Shown here in pieces: positions 12,040-26,230 of a stretch of 58,168 bases of DNA. Numbering within the stretch: the stretch's first letter is position 1; each line of letters begins with the position of its first letter. Source of the stretch: Octopus bimaculoides (lineage: Eukaryota); contig NC_068994.1 of NCBI RefSeq assembly GCF_001194135.2, positions 52,506,222 to 52,564,389 of the forward strand, given 5' to 3'. Both the position numbers and the translations under genes were made by a program. Below the pieces are notes generated by a model, which was given only the letters and a program-made list of their open reading frames with translations, was not told the origin of the DNA and made no database searches.

Positions 12040-14363
12040 ATTTTTAGAACAATATTAAATCAAAGACGATACATCCCTCTAATGATGTATCTAAAAGTAC
12101 AGGATGTAAATATTGTATGTCTCTTTCGGATAGAATGTATCTAAGATTATATAATTCAATCGATATTCATTTTATAAAGACTCCATTGTGACATTTCGTG
12201 AAATCTTGAACATAATTTTTAAAACTCAGGCTGACCATTTGAGATGTTTTCGTTGTTAAGTGGAGGTCAATATGTGCTTCATAATTTTGATTACTCGTGA
12301 TTTGGTTAAATAAAACGAAGAGGTTCCTTTAGGCAATAACGAACGTAGTCTATTTTACTTTACTATTTCTTAATCTCTAATCTTAAGTAATTGAAGTTCC
12401 ATATAGTAAAGCTATAAAATATTCATAATGATATCCAGTAGATGGACACACAGATATCATCATAAATATGTGCAAAACTACTTGCGCTTTTCCTTACCCA
12501 CGGTTATGTATTTATATGCAAATTTACATACACATACACAAACCTACTATATTTACACACACACACAGACGCATACAAACAAAAATGCATACATATATAT
12601 ATACACACACACACACACGCACATATATGTATATATATATAAATAAATAAATATNNNNNNNNNNNNNNNNNNNNNNNNNNNNNNNNNNNNNNNNNNNNNN
12701 NNNNNNNNNNNNNNNNNNNNNNNNNNNNNNNNNNNNNNNNNNNNNNNNNNNNNNNNNNNNNNNNNNNNNNNNNNNNNNNNNNNNNNNNNNNATATATATA
12801 TATATATATATATATACATGTCTTGTGTTAGCTACGAGACTATATATGTGAGTGCGTGTCTATGTGCGCGCCTCTGTGTGTATGTGTGTAAGCGCGTGCG
12901 AGGAAGCGTGCATATGTCTTTACATGTATGTATAGTTTGCGTGTGTGAGTAAATAGATCATAACTCGGTAGGAAGAATCAAAATTCCTTTTGGCAGTTAC
13001 AATGCATAATGTACTTTCTTTCCCACCGAATGAAGACTTAGCAATTCCAAGAAATACATAAACACACGCAGCAGACACTCACACACACACATACCACACG
13101 CACGCTCACAGATACCCTCTCCTCTTACACCCACACCCACACATATATGTATGAACTTTCCTTCATGTAGAACTCAACACTTTTATTAGGTTTTACATAT
13201 ATAGTCTCAGAAAAAAAAATTCAATATGGTTTCCTGGTGTTCAGGAAACTATCCTTTGGCGCACGTTACGTGGAAGGCAGCGACATCAGCTATTCTCTTT
13301 AACTCTTAGGACTTCTGTTAGGACAGGATTTTTTTCTGGTCCTCGTGGATTTCTATCCCAGCCACTCGTAATGTCAATAAATCGTATGTAGCGTAACAGA
13401 ACAAATAACTGGCTTTAATTCAAAGGATTTGAATAAGCACCGCTGCTTGTAAATATTTAGCGGTAGATATTTGGAGTTTACAAGATATTTGGAGTTTACA
13501 AATCATTTCGTCGAAAGATGTATTTAGAGTGTATTTTATCTCTATAATTATTCTCTCTCCATGGCTATATCATTTATTCTTTATGGGTTCAGTGACTTTG
13601 CTTTAAGTAAGTAATAATTTCATGCTGATAGCGGTGAGCGCAAACTACCTTTAGGAGAGACCAGCGTAAATGACGTGTACTACTCTTGTTTTTCCAATTA
13701 AACCATCGTAAAAAAATATTGTTGAAAGCTTTTTCAGAGTCAAAAAATATCATACATGCAGAATAATATATTTATAAATTCTACAGTATATCTCCATATT
13801 TCGCCATATTTTAAACAATAATTTTTGTTTGTTTGTTTTTTTATTGAGATTCAGTTTCATTAAGCAATATTAGGTGTCAGAAACATTTTTTTTTTTAGTA
13901 TAGTATCATTCATGAACTGATGTCGATTCTTACACCCAGGCAACGACATATATTAATTTCCTTGCAGAGCTGAGATAAAACAGTTTTGAGATTGGAGAAG
14001 ACAACCGGAAATCGATCCAAGATTCTCAAATACATCCGATCCCACTGGGTTTGAGATTTGGTTCCGATATAAATTTTCTAGTAGATTGTATGGAACGGTT
14101 TTTCTTCTTGCTTTAAATTTATCACAAACCATTCTCTTTTATCTGGTGGATATTTAACTTGGCATCTGAATGATACCATATCGATCTTTCACTCGAAATA
14201 AGTTCACGTAATCGTAAACAACTGAACCCAACACAACACACAGACACACAGACACACAGACACACACACATACACACATACACACACACAATAAATAGGA
14301 TAAACGTTATGTCAACATATGAATAGCTTGCCTGCTGCTTGATATATTTTACGTTAGGTTATA

Positions 14364-14421
<58 letters not shown>

Positions 14422-16314
14422 GTTTGTTTGTTTGTTTGAATATAGATTACTCGTTTCTATACTCCAAAGTGGCGTATTCTCTTTAAATAGGAACCATATG
14501 CGGTAAGCAGCCTCCGAGAATATGATTGGAGTTTTGCCAAATAAGGAAAGTGCTGTAAACAACCTCATTCTTCAAACGTCTAAAATAGATTATGGGTGCT
14601 AGTCATTGTTTTAAAATTGATTTGAACTATAATATATATTCAGCGTGGCCAGAAATCAATGTTTATTGAAGGAAGTTATGTTAAGTAAATTTGATCGGTT
14701 ATATATCGTTATGCTATTTTCACCCTCGCTTCAATGCTATCTAATAGGCTTTTTGTATAATGGAATCCTATATTGCGGTACGGCGCAGTATCTCGATTAT
14801 TGATGTCTAAAGGTTAATGAAATATTAGTTTATTGCAAATTAACGTTATATGTGAAGTGTTTCTAAAGAAAGGAAACAACCACAGCGCAAAAGCGATGAA
14901 CGTAATAAAAATGTAAAACAGCAAAAGAGGCTTCTAGACGGTTCCTTGAGCTACTAGAAATAACAGCCAATTATCTCTTCAAAACTTCATACTCTAATGA
15001 TTTAAATATATTGTGATACAAACAACAAAGTCTTAAAATATGTTAAGTTAAAATAGTTTTTGTTCTACGCAGCTAAAATTACCCTGTGGTTGTAATTACA
15101 ATACTATCAATGGATCTTTCTGATATTCAAATAATTTCCTATATATTATACAGGGAAAGTTATTTCACACTATTTTTTTCTTGTTGGTATGATAATAGTT
15201 ATTCGATCAAAAGCCGGAGTGAACTCTGAATAAATGTTAAGGATAATTCAACTATTTCGAGCTGTTGTATTTATATCTAACCATATTTCAAGAAAAGACG
15301 TAGAAATAACATCTTTCTTACATTTTCAGATTTTCATAACAGATGCGTTGTTTGCTTCAACTACTACATATATTTGACAAAGGTTCTTATCATCTTATTA
15401 CGGTCGGTTGTTGTCGTTGCTGCTTGGCCCCGGGACAGAACTAACAGAACATTTCCATGATTAAATATTTTCCTTCTAAAACCACTTCAAGTTTCTTTTA
15501 TCAGGTAAATTTTACGTAGGACGACGTTGTGTTTGTCTTTCAGAGGTTGGGTTAGCAGAATGGGATTTGGTGGAGTTAGGCAGTAATTTTAGCAAAATTT
15601 CACTCAGCATTTTGCCCGTCATGCAAATAATACTAGCAGCTCGTCGTATTATTCACCAATATCATATTACAGTAACAGCACAAATAAACGATAAACTTTA
15701 TAAGTAATGATTTTTATATCGCTATGAAGATCAAAACCCCATTTTCTTACTTATATTTATTTTATTGATTAAATAATGTCGAATGCGAACTGACCAAGGC
15801 AGATGTTGAACTGAAAACGTAACGAAATAGAAGCCGAAAGGTTGTGCATCATTTATCTATTATAACATTATACTGATTTCAGGCCTTGGATTAAGTGCGA
15901 CACGATGTACGGCCATCTATGATATAGTCAATGTAAATGACTATAACAGTATCATTTACCCGCTAAGTATATCGTCCATCACTGATGGAAAAACTACAAA
16001 GTGTATATTGTGAGATATTTGAAATCAATACTAAAAAGGTCGTACAAAATCATAGCATAATGTTGTTTTTCCAGCGTGCTACTGATTCTTTCATCCATCA
16101 ACCTAGTAAAACATCACGATTTTATTACCTTACAGGTCTCCATAGCAAAGATAAAGTTTGTTTCACTCGCAGAGTTTAAACTGAAGTAAAAAAAACGCTA
16201 CAAGACCGAGAAAATGTATGATAGAAATGTCTCCAGAAGTGACAATATCGCCATTCGGTACATTAGCAACTGAATTATTCGTCAATTATCTTTTTTCTTT
16301 TCTCATTGACATAT

Positions 16315-16900
16315 TTCAGCCATTAGACTACAACCATGCTGGGGTATCGCGCTGAAGGGCACCGCTAATTTTCAGGGACGTAAACACAAAAAAAAAACCC
16401 AGCGATTGCGAAGCGGTGGTGGAGGGACAAACACAGACACACACGCATAGATATTNNNNNNNNNNNNNNNNNNNNNNNNNNNNNNNNNNNNNNNNNNNNN
16501 NNNNNNNNNNNNNNNNNNNNNNNNNNNNNNNNNNNNNNNNNNNNNNNNNNNNNNNNNNNNNNNNNNNNNNNNNNNNNNNNNNNNNNNNNNNNNNNNNNNN
16601 NNNNNNNNNNNNNNNNNNNNNNNNNNNNNNNNNNNNNNNNNNNNNNNNNNNNNNNNNNNNNNNNNNNNNNNNNNNNNNNNNNNNNNNNNNNNNNNNNNNN
16701 NNNNNNNNNNNNNNNNNNNNNATATATATATATATATATATATATATATACGACACTCTTTCAGTTTCCGTCTACCAACCTCACTAGACTTTGGTCGGCC
16801 CGAAGCTATAGTAGAAGACACCTGCTGAACGTTCTATGCACCGAGACTGAACCCTGAAGCAAGTTGTTAGAAAGCAAGCTTCTTAGCGCACTGCCACACC
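16315..16900 (-). mobile_element. SINE family C spanning an assembly gap in its internal microsatellite
   Basis: The 3' half at 16315-16455 and the 5' half at ~16750-16900 (ctttcagtttccgtctacc) match 43964-44357. Confidence 0.8.
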
Positions 16901-17424
16901 TAATATATTGCAATTTGAGTGAAGTTTGGCTGTTATATCTAGTAGGTCTAACGGTTACGTGTCGGTACCCTTGTTCGTTTAAATCACTGCAATAATGGGA
17001 AAGTAGCTGCATTCTATTTACAACGAAATAGATTTCTCCATAAAGTAGACATAACTACTATTGAAGGCAAAACATTTTACACAACTTCAATATTTACGTA
17101 TAACGTCTTATATCAATAAATGATTAGAGTGAAATTTTAAATGAAAAAAGAAATAAAACTAGCATTAGTGTTGAATCGAAGTATATTTCTTGAGAATGTT
17201 TAATGAAACAAGATGACAGTGATTTTAATGCGTTGTGACATTAGCATCTGAATATGTCGGATTTAAAATCTCCAAGTACGTTAAATATTTTGTCAGTTTT
17301 GAAACTACGGCCAAATATTGAAATGATTCAAGTTTGCAAATATGAAAAGAAATTAAGAGGAACATTTAAAATCAACTTTCTCATCACTGTTTGTATACAT
17401 GACACTCTGATATAGACTCACACC

Positions 17425-18170
<746 letters not shown>

Positions 18171-19046
18171 AATGATATTCGAAACATTTATAGTAAAGTT
18201 CGAAAGAAATAAATACCGATGTATCTTAAAAACTTTTAACAACTTAAAAACTAAGGATAATAAAAATAGCGAAATGTGCCCATTTGTTGTAATAAAACAG
18301 CACACACAAAGTACTTTAATTTCCAACTCACAGTTCGATGTAATGGCACGACTCAGCTCTTGGTTGATTGTAGTGAACTTTTAAACGGAGGCTGTAGTGA
18401 ACTGATTCTCTTTGGAAGGAAACACCTGAGTAGAGTTTATAATTATAGTTTCACATATTATAAGAGCGAACTCAGCGGTGGTATTAATGATATAGCGAAT
18501 AGTTCATTGCTCTAAATACCACGCTGGTTGTTTTAGCATCGCATACATTTGTTGGCTGTAATAACACAGTTCATCTGTGGCTTAAATAAACCCTGCAGCC
18601 TCACTCGTAATGAAATGTTAGATATACGTGTAATGAGACATCTAGCGGTTACAATTACAGAGACTGATGCAGTACACATGTTGCTGAGCTCAGCGTGGTT
18701 GTAATGACGTGACCTAATTTTGTTTTTGTAATGTAGCCATTTTGTTGGTTGCGTTAATGACAAGGCTCAGAGAGGTCGAAGTGTGGAACCCTGCGTTGTT
18801 TGTAATGAAATTGATAAGTGGTAGTTTTATGACAGACACAAATATACCTACCTACCTACCTACATACATACATACATACATACAAACATACATACATATA
18901 AACATACATACATACATGTAAGTATGTGTGCGTATGTATGTGTACACACATACATGTGTTGCTGTTTGTGAGGTGATTCATATTGCCAAAAGTATGACCC
19001 ATAGTTCTATTCATTAGTTATTATTAAATGGTTGTTTATTATTATT

Positions 19047-19088
<42 letters not shown>

Positions 19089-19100
19089 ATTGTTGTTGTT

Positions 19101-19766
19101 ATAGATGTCGCACAATATACAATATCGTGAGGTTGTTTATTGAAGATATTGTATATACCGGGGATTTGTAGTTTGTCAAGTCGCAACAAGGAAATCAGAC
19201 AAACAGTATTTTTACGTAATATGCCTGCAGTTCCAACTAATGCCGACTTTTGCAATACACCTAGAATGTATGGTTTTTCTAGAGTTTTCGGATGTTTTTT
19301 TCAGCTTGGGTGGTATTGAACCCAATGATCCGATGAAAATAGGGATCACCTTTATGTTTGACTCTCGTAGCTGCCACATCTTAGCGATCTCAATTCTCAG
19401 ATCTCCATATTTATCAACCTTTCCTCTTTCTTTCATGATGATATGTTGATCTCCTGGCACTGCCACATCAATTATTAAGCACTCTTGTTTGCCCCCCTTA
19501 AAGGTTACCATATCCAGCTTTCGGTTCTCTTATATCTTGTCTGTCTGGAAGTCAAAGTCCTAGAGGATTTTTGCCTTGCTCTTTTTGTCCATTACCTTTT
19601 CCGGTGTATGTTGGTATACATACTTACGGCATTTTAGCTAGTGGAGGGTTTGGGCTACCTTGTCGTATCTACGCTTGTACTCTTTCTGTGCAAGACTTTC
19701 ACAAGCACTAACAATATGAGTCATGCTTTCGATCTTCTTCCACACATTCTGCAGAGTTCCGTTGCA
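19101..19766 (-). mobile_element. 3' fragment of an R4/Dong-like non-LTR retrotransposon (CCHC knuckle + restriction-like endonuclease), pseudogenised
   Basis: Minus-strand translation with frameshifts and stops: LCRMCG/KKIESMTHIVSAC (CCHC), YKRRYDKVA (RHD-like), KIL*DFDFQTDK, RKLDMV (PD motif decayed), CLIIDVAVPGD..KERGKVDKYGDL, VIPIFIGSLG, LQKSALVGTAGILRK. A short 3' UTR follows, then an (AAC)n/(AAT)n tail at ~19021-19100. Confidence 0.88.
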
Positions 19767-19827
19767 CATGATAACACTTGCAGTCACTTAAGATAAGAAG
19801 CTATGAGAGCCACTGCCTGGTACTGCA
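19767..19827 (-). repeat. 5' head of the TAA-resident element, fused to the R4/Dong fragment
   Basis: agaagctatgagagccactgcctggtactg (19795-19824) vs agaagccatgagagccactgcgtggtactg (36452-36481). Confidence 0.8.
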
Positions 19828-20131
19828 ACATCATCATAATCATCATCATCATCATCATCGTCACCATCATCATCTTTCAATTCTGTTTCTTTTTCTTGCC
19901 GAGTGTCTTCCTGAAACCTAGTGCAGAGAAACGCACTGTATACATTGGTAGGCTAATAAATGACGAGTAGATAGAAAGCCGACAACTGATGAAGTGTCAT
20001 TCTTTGTGTTTCTTGTCTTGTTTTCCAGTTGTGTCCCTTGTTGTCTGCGCATTGAACTCATTTGTTTTCGTATTTCATATTGTTTACTGTCGGTGGCGTC
20101 CTGTATCCATATATGCATATATATATATGTG

Positions 20132-20200
<69 letters not shown>

Positions 20201-21505
20201 GTATGTATGTATACATATGCTCATAAGTCTGGTCATTTGCGTGCACTGTTTACGTTAGGTTGACTTTATGTTTCTATATTCGTATTTTCGCACTCATCGT
20301 CCTATGGTATTTAATTGTTATCTAATCCATTTGCTTTCGAACTGACATTTTGTTTACACTAGAGGAGACAACTATAAAACTAATCTTATATGAATATCAA
20401 ATATGGGTGCCAAGAGCACTTGTATTTCGTGAGGAAATCTTTATTAACACATAATTGTAGCATATCCGATAATCACGATGTAAAATAAAGATACGCAACA
20501 GGCCATGCTATTATTGTAATTGTTTCATGTCTCTATCACAAATATTTAAAATATTTCTGTAAACATTCAAACAACAAGGCGAACGGGTATGGAGTAGGGT
20601 AGGATTGTGGTTCGTGAGACGAGGAAACAATACGAAAGATTAACGTAAACTTTGGCAAAATTCGCAGACACATTGCAACAGGTGTTGAAATGAGAATAAT
20701 AGCATTACGGATCAAACCTCAGATGGCTTATTGTGATTATTGAGAAAATCTGATAAATTTAAATAGTTTCAAAAATCACAAATATGCGTATTACTTATAG
20801 AATGCAAAGAAAAAAGATAAATCTGCTATTTAGTGCGTGTGAATTTTGTAGAAAAACTTCATGTAACATATGCTTTTATTTTTTTTTAATGCAAGAATGG
20901 ATTATTAATAATACAAATGCAAGAATAGATAGAATAGGGGGTGACGCGTGGGATGTACAGTCACTGAAGAGGTCACAGACTGCGTGACGGATGATTACCA
21001 GACAAAAGACATAAAATAAGAACAATAATGTCTGAAGTGAAGAACGCATATACAATGAGTGTGATTATTTACAATAAATAAATATATAATAACTAAATAA
21101 ATGACTATCCCGAAATATAACAATATCTGTTTCAACACATGATTTCACATCAGGAATCTTGCAAAACAGATGCATAAACGTAACATTTAGCGAATGTTTG
21201 TAGAGCAATTTGAACTTAAACAGATTCGATCCCACTATCTGGCCTCTTTAGCGACGTGTATTCTACTGAAGCATCATGTCGATTCAAGAATTGTGGGTGA
21301 AACTGAGTAAATAGGAACAGCGCAGAAATTCGTCACATGCTAAATATCGATAATTGAAAACGCCAAGCATAGCATATCATATGTCACATTAATACTGTCT
21401 TATCAGTAAAAAATGTGTTCAAAGTTTTCTGGGATATGGAAGCTGCAAAGCCTATAATTGAACAAGTTGTATTTGTATGTGTTGATCAAAAATTCACATT
21501 CGTAT

Positions 21506-21555
<50 letters not shown>

Positions 21556-21619
21556 CATAAGCTGGTCGAAATTTAGTTATGACGTGTGAATTATTCAGAC
21601 ACTGAACTTTTATGAGATA

Positions 21620-21837
21620 AGAAACAAAATTTGCGATCTCTGCGGTATGTTTTTTCTCAACTAATTCCATCTCAGAAATCTAAGTTTTGAATCGACATGA
21701 GGAAGAAATTTCCCCTTAAAAGATTTATCGTGCTTGTTTCAGTGAGTCAAAATGAAATTACCAAAATTCTGAATTTCTGAATAATTTACAATAAAGTTTT
21801 GATGTTGGCTGAATTTAACAAACTCTGTGTAGGATTG
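21620..21837 (+). repeat. Unclassified ~220-bp dispersed repeat, copy 1
   Basis: Colinear similarity to 26010-26230 (gatctctg, agttttgaatc, ctgaataattta, ggctgaattt, ggattg). Confidence 0.8.
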
Positions 21838-22689
21838 TTCCAGGTAGTTAAAAACAAAACAATTTAATGATATTTATCTACCTATGCAATAGCTAGTCAA
21901 CGTAAAATCGTGCACAGTTTGGTATCAGATGAACAGCGATGCATAATCACGTCACTTTCGACAACCAATCGGCATTAATGCATATATACAAAAGCTTTGG
22001 GTTCCACTTATTATTAAGACCCATTTACTTCACATCAGTTACTGAAGAAATGGTTGTGGTTTTTGTATATAAGCATGTACATGTTATTTGTCATAATGAA
22101 TCATTATTTAGAAAAAAATATTCGACACACCCTGGATGATCTGTGCACTTTGGAAAAAAATAATTATACGTTTTTTACGAACAGTCAAAGACTTGAAAAG
22201 TATGCAAAGCAATATGGCGTAGAATGTTTCGTCAATGTTTCTTAGAAGGATGAGTGAAGACCGCAAAAATGAACCAGAAAAAAAAGAGAAACAAAAAGCG
22301 GCCATGTTAAACAATATACCATTAAAATAACTCTAACTAGACTATAGATGATATGAATAGAAAAACAAATAAAAAAATGTTATTAGGTTTAGTTTAAGAA
22401 ATGAATCTATAAACTTATTATTAAACGGAAAACTATATAATATGAAATAATACCAAGAATGTCAACCATGCATGAATCTCAAACTTAAATATTCTTCAGA
22501 TCAGGAAAAGATTCTGTGGAGACGAAAATAAACGAAGATGGATTGCAACAAGTTGGCAGGAAGTCATAAATAGTGATGAGGTCAACATTTCAGTTATACA
22601 AAAAGCGATGGATTGAAATATGAGTTGCATGCCAAACATTTTGTTAGTGTAATGCGCACTTTTACGTTGTATTGAAATATGAATTTTAC

Positions 22690-22897
22690 ATTTTGGCACC
22701 AGGCCGGCAATTTCGAAGATGGGGGCGCAGCCAACTACATCGACCCTAGAGCTCAATCGTTACTTGTTTTAATCGTTCACGAAAAGATGAAAGGCAAAAC
22801 AACCTCGGCAGAATTTCAACTCAGAACATAAAGACGGACGAAGTGTCACTAAGGATTTAGTCCGGCGTACTAACGATTCTGCCAGTATGCTGCCTTA
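22690..22897 (-). mobile_element. SINE family A, diverged
   Basis: gaaaagatgaaaggcaaaacaacctcggcagaatttcaactcagaac..ctaacgattctgccag homology. Confidence 0.8.
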
Positions 22898-22954
22898 CGT
22901 TGTATTGAAAGATAGATTTCAAATTTTGAGAAGGAAGCCAAAATGGAAAGAAAT

Positions 22955-23302
22955 GTAATGTGGCTATCTTAGAAGTTTATTAACAAATCATGTGGTCTTG
23001 AATTCAGTGCCTGGGTTGAATATCTTCTTTAACTCCAGGACAGGTAAAGCTTTTTGAGTGAATTAGGTAGACGAAAACTAAAAGAAGCCCATCCTGTATG
23101 TATTTGACACCCGTGACCGTTTGACGATCGCTGTTGACTTCTTAACATACCTATAATCAAGCGGTTCGGCATAAGATACCAATAGAATAAGTTACAGACA
23201 TTAAAAGGTTACGTGATGGTGTCAACTCGTTCCTCTAAAACTCTTGAAGGAAGTATTCCAGCATGGCGGCAGTCCAATGACTGAAGAAAGTAAAAGAAAG
23301 AA
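22955..23302 (+). mobile_element. SINE family C, diverged
   Basis: taggtagacgaaaactaaaagaagccc..gcggttcggcataagataccaatagaataagt..ccagcatggcggcagtccaatgactgaag. Confidence 0.8.
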
Positions 23303-23959
23303 TCCTAAAAATGAATACCACAATTTTACTAGTTTTTAAGCAAGACATAAATAAAACATGTGAATTCTGCATTGAAAGGTTAAAAGACCATAAAATCCAT
23401 TTTCTACATTGACCTAGAAATTGTACTTGATCCGAGAGAAAATTTATGGCGACCAATGAAGAGACATGTATTGATTCAGTAAGCCATCAACAAAACACTA
23501 ATAACTCAAACGATCATTAATGCCAGGTACATAATCGTAAATTCTGAAGAGTTGAGGAATATAATTGCTTCCATGCAACGGGCAATTAAAGAAATAATTA
23601 AAATAAAAGGCTATCGCACTAAATACAAGTATAAAATATCGTATAGTAAATTAAATAAAAACAGCGCAGACTTTCTAATAGGTTTCATATATCAATGCCT
23701 TTGTTGACATTCATGTTTTTGTGTATTTAAATCTCTTAGATACTCAGTCAATGAACAATATAAATTTGAAAGTAACATGCAGTAGAGAACAATAAAATGC
23801 CCATGATAAAGAGAGAAAATTATACAATTAGAAAAAACACAAATAATGTATAATGGAAATAAAGGAAAAGAAAATATTGGATTTTCTCTTATTTTCTCAC
23901 TTTTGATACAAATGCAAACATGCAGCCACAAACGGGGAGCCGTACATGTACATAGGCAC

Positions 23960-24521
23960 GCACTCATGCACGAGACACCAAAACACAGTCCAAAAAGCAA
24001 AATTCATCAAAAGAAGGTGATGGTGTGTGTTTCGTTGTCTGGCGCATGTGTAATCCATTATGATTTCATTAAACCTGGCTCATCAATCGCGGCCGAAGTA
24101 TACTGCAGCTAACGGGACCAAATGACGCAGAAACATACAAAACAACAATCTAGATTACTCAACAGATCCACTCGTATTTTATTGCAAGACAACGCCAGTC
24201 CACACATAGCAGAAATGACATTGGCAAAACTACAGGAGCTGGAGTTGGAAGTTCTCCATCTTCCACCATACTCACCTGATCTTGCCCCCACTTCTTCCAG
24301 AATTTGGATAACTTTTAGATAGGCAAAACATTTCCAAGATTTTATTGACTCTAGATTTCCTTGCTTTTACAGTTCCGGGCTGGACAAGCTACCGCTGAAA
24401 TGGGAAAAGTGTATTGACAATATGAGTGCATATTTTGATGAATAAAACTATTCATTTTATTTATAAAACATTAGCAAACTTTTTTTTCTTTTCTACAAAT
24501 ATCATACTTGACGACCTAATA
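23960..24521 (+). mobile_element. Mariner transposon, 5'-truncated, pseudogenised (Hsmar1/cecropia-like)
   Basis: HETPKHSPKSKIHQKKVMVCV..IHYDFIKPG..YCS*, then ILLQDNASPH..LQELELEVLHLPPYSPDLAPT (third catalytic D deleted)..WEKCIDNMSAYFDE* (stop at 24443-45). Degenerate 3' TIR ends ..gacctaa+TA at ~24521. Confidence 0.9.
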
Positions 24522-24526
24522 AAATG

Positions 24527-24570
<44 letters not shown>

Positions 24571-24621
24571 TATGATGATGATATTGATGAGAAGGAAATA
24601 ATTTTAAATATATATACATAT

Positions 24622-24668
<47 letters not shown>

Positions 24669-24708
24669 TAGATATACACACATACATACATACATGCATA
24701 CATACGTA

Positions 24709-24745
<37 letters not shown>

Positions 24746-25477
24746 AAACATACATACATACATACATACATACATACATACGTACATACAAGAGGTCTAG
24801 ATACTCATTTATACATTCTTTTGTGTTGTGTATGACTGTGCACCGCTATATTTTTTTACTTGCGAATGAGTGTGCGAATGTCACATAGACGTATATATCT
24901 TTTAGAAACAGACACGCATAAATGCATACACGACACGCATACATTCTCTTATCTATATATGAACATTTCTGAAGAAAGAAATCGAAAGTGTAGGTGGCTG
25001 GTTCTGTTGTGTAACATTGCTATTAATCTATATGAAATATAAAGTATATACATCAGAATGTTGTCTTACTGAAACATTAAAGCGGATATTTTTAATGAGT
25101 GGTTGTCATCCGGTGTAGACTGATTTATTAGATACAAGTATCTGCGCGGATTATATAGTTGTGAAATATTATATATAATATGAATATTGTAACGGTTTTA
25201 CTGTATAACGATGTGGTGGGCACTGTTGATTTAAGAAAAAATCTTAACTATGGTAAGTACTTGTTCGTAGCAAAATATACAATGACCTTTGCATGTGTGA
25301 GTAGGAGTTGTATGCTCCAAATTTACGTGTAGGCATTATAGAGAGAAATACATAGCTTCGAAATACATGCAAACACGCATCCTTACATATATAAACGTAT
25401 GTATGTATGTATGTCAGTGTAAATATATATGTATACATATCTGCATATGTTTATGCACAAACATGTATAGCTAGGCA

Positions 25478-25524
<47 letters not shown>

Positions 25525-25556
25525 GTTTCTATCTATCTATCTATCTATCTATCGTC

Positions 25557-25630
<74 letters not shown>

Positions 25631-26009
25631 AAATAATATGTGAGTATATGCATATATACGTACATCTATGTACATACCTACATCTACATGTATATATAGA
25701 TGCATATCTGGGTACAAGACGTCACAAAAAAACAACCTGGACAAAATGAAAAAGAGAACATAAACAAAGCACAGAAAACAAACAGCCTGTCCCCTGCAGA
25801 TTAACGACCTACATTCTACGTTACAATGACTGAATTTCCGTGTTACCATGAAAAGTACAACGTGCTATGTAATATACAACAAACAGCATTATAATTTAAT
25901 GAGTTGTATCTTGTGCTGGTCGAAAATTCACTTTCGGAACAGCACTATATCAATTTACATATTTTTAGAGTAGCATGATTTCTGTATTCATGCTTTTAAA
26001 CTGCGTGTG

Positions 26010-26230
26010 TTATAAACGAAATCACTGATCTCTGTGGAATGCCTGTCAGCGAATTCAACAGCAAAAATCTTAGTTTTGAATCTGCATGAGGGAGAAATCT
26101 TTCTCTATTAAAGATTCATCTTACTTATTTCAGTTTGTGTCAGAATGAAGTTATAAAAATTCCGAATTCCTGAATAATTTATATTATGCTGACGCTGGCT
26201 GAATTTGAAAAACTATGTGCTGGCGGATTG
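26010..26230 (+). repeat. Unclassified ~220-bp dispersed repeat, copy 2
   Basis: Colinear similarity to 21620-21837. Confidence 0.8.

Noticed and set aside
14950-16946. 21-bp inverted pair (gctactagaaataacagccaa / ttggctgttatatctagtagg) as TIRs of a 2-kb element
   Set aside because: No TSD or internal coding remnant; more simply two copies of a dispersed repeat in opposite orientation.
19985-20030. CTGATGA hammerhead-like core (also near 27457 on plus and near 54700 on minus)
   Set aside because: No stem II followed by GAAA and no stem I pairing.
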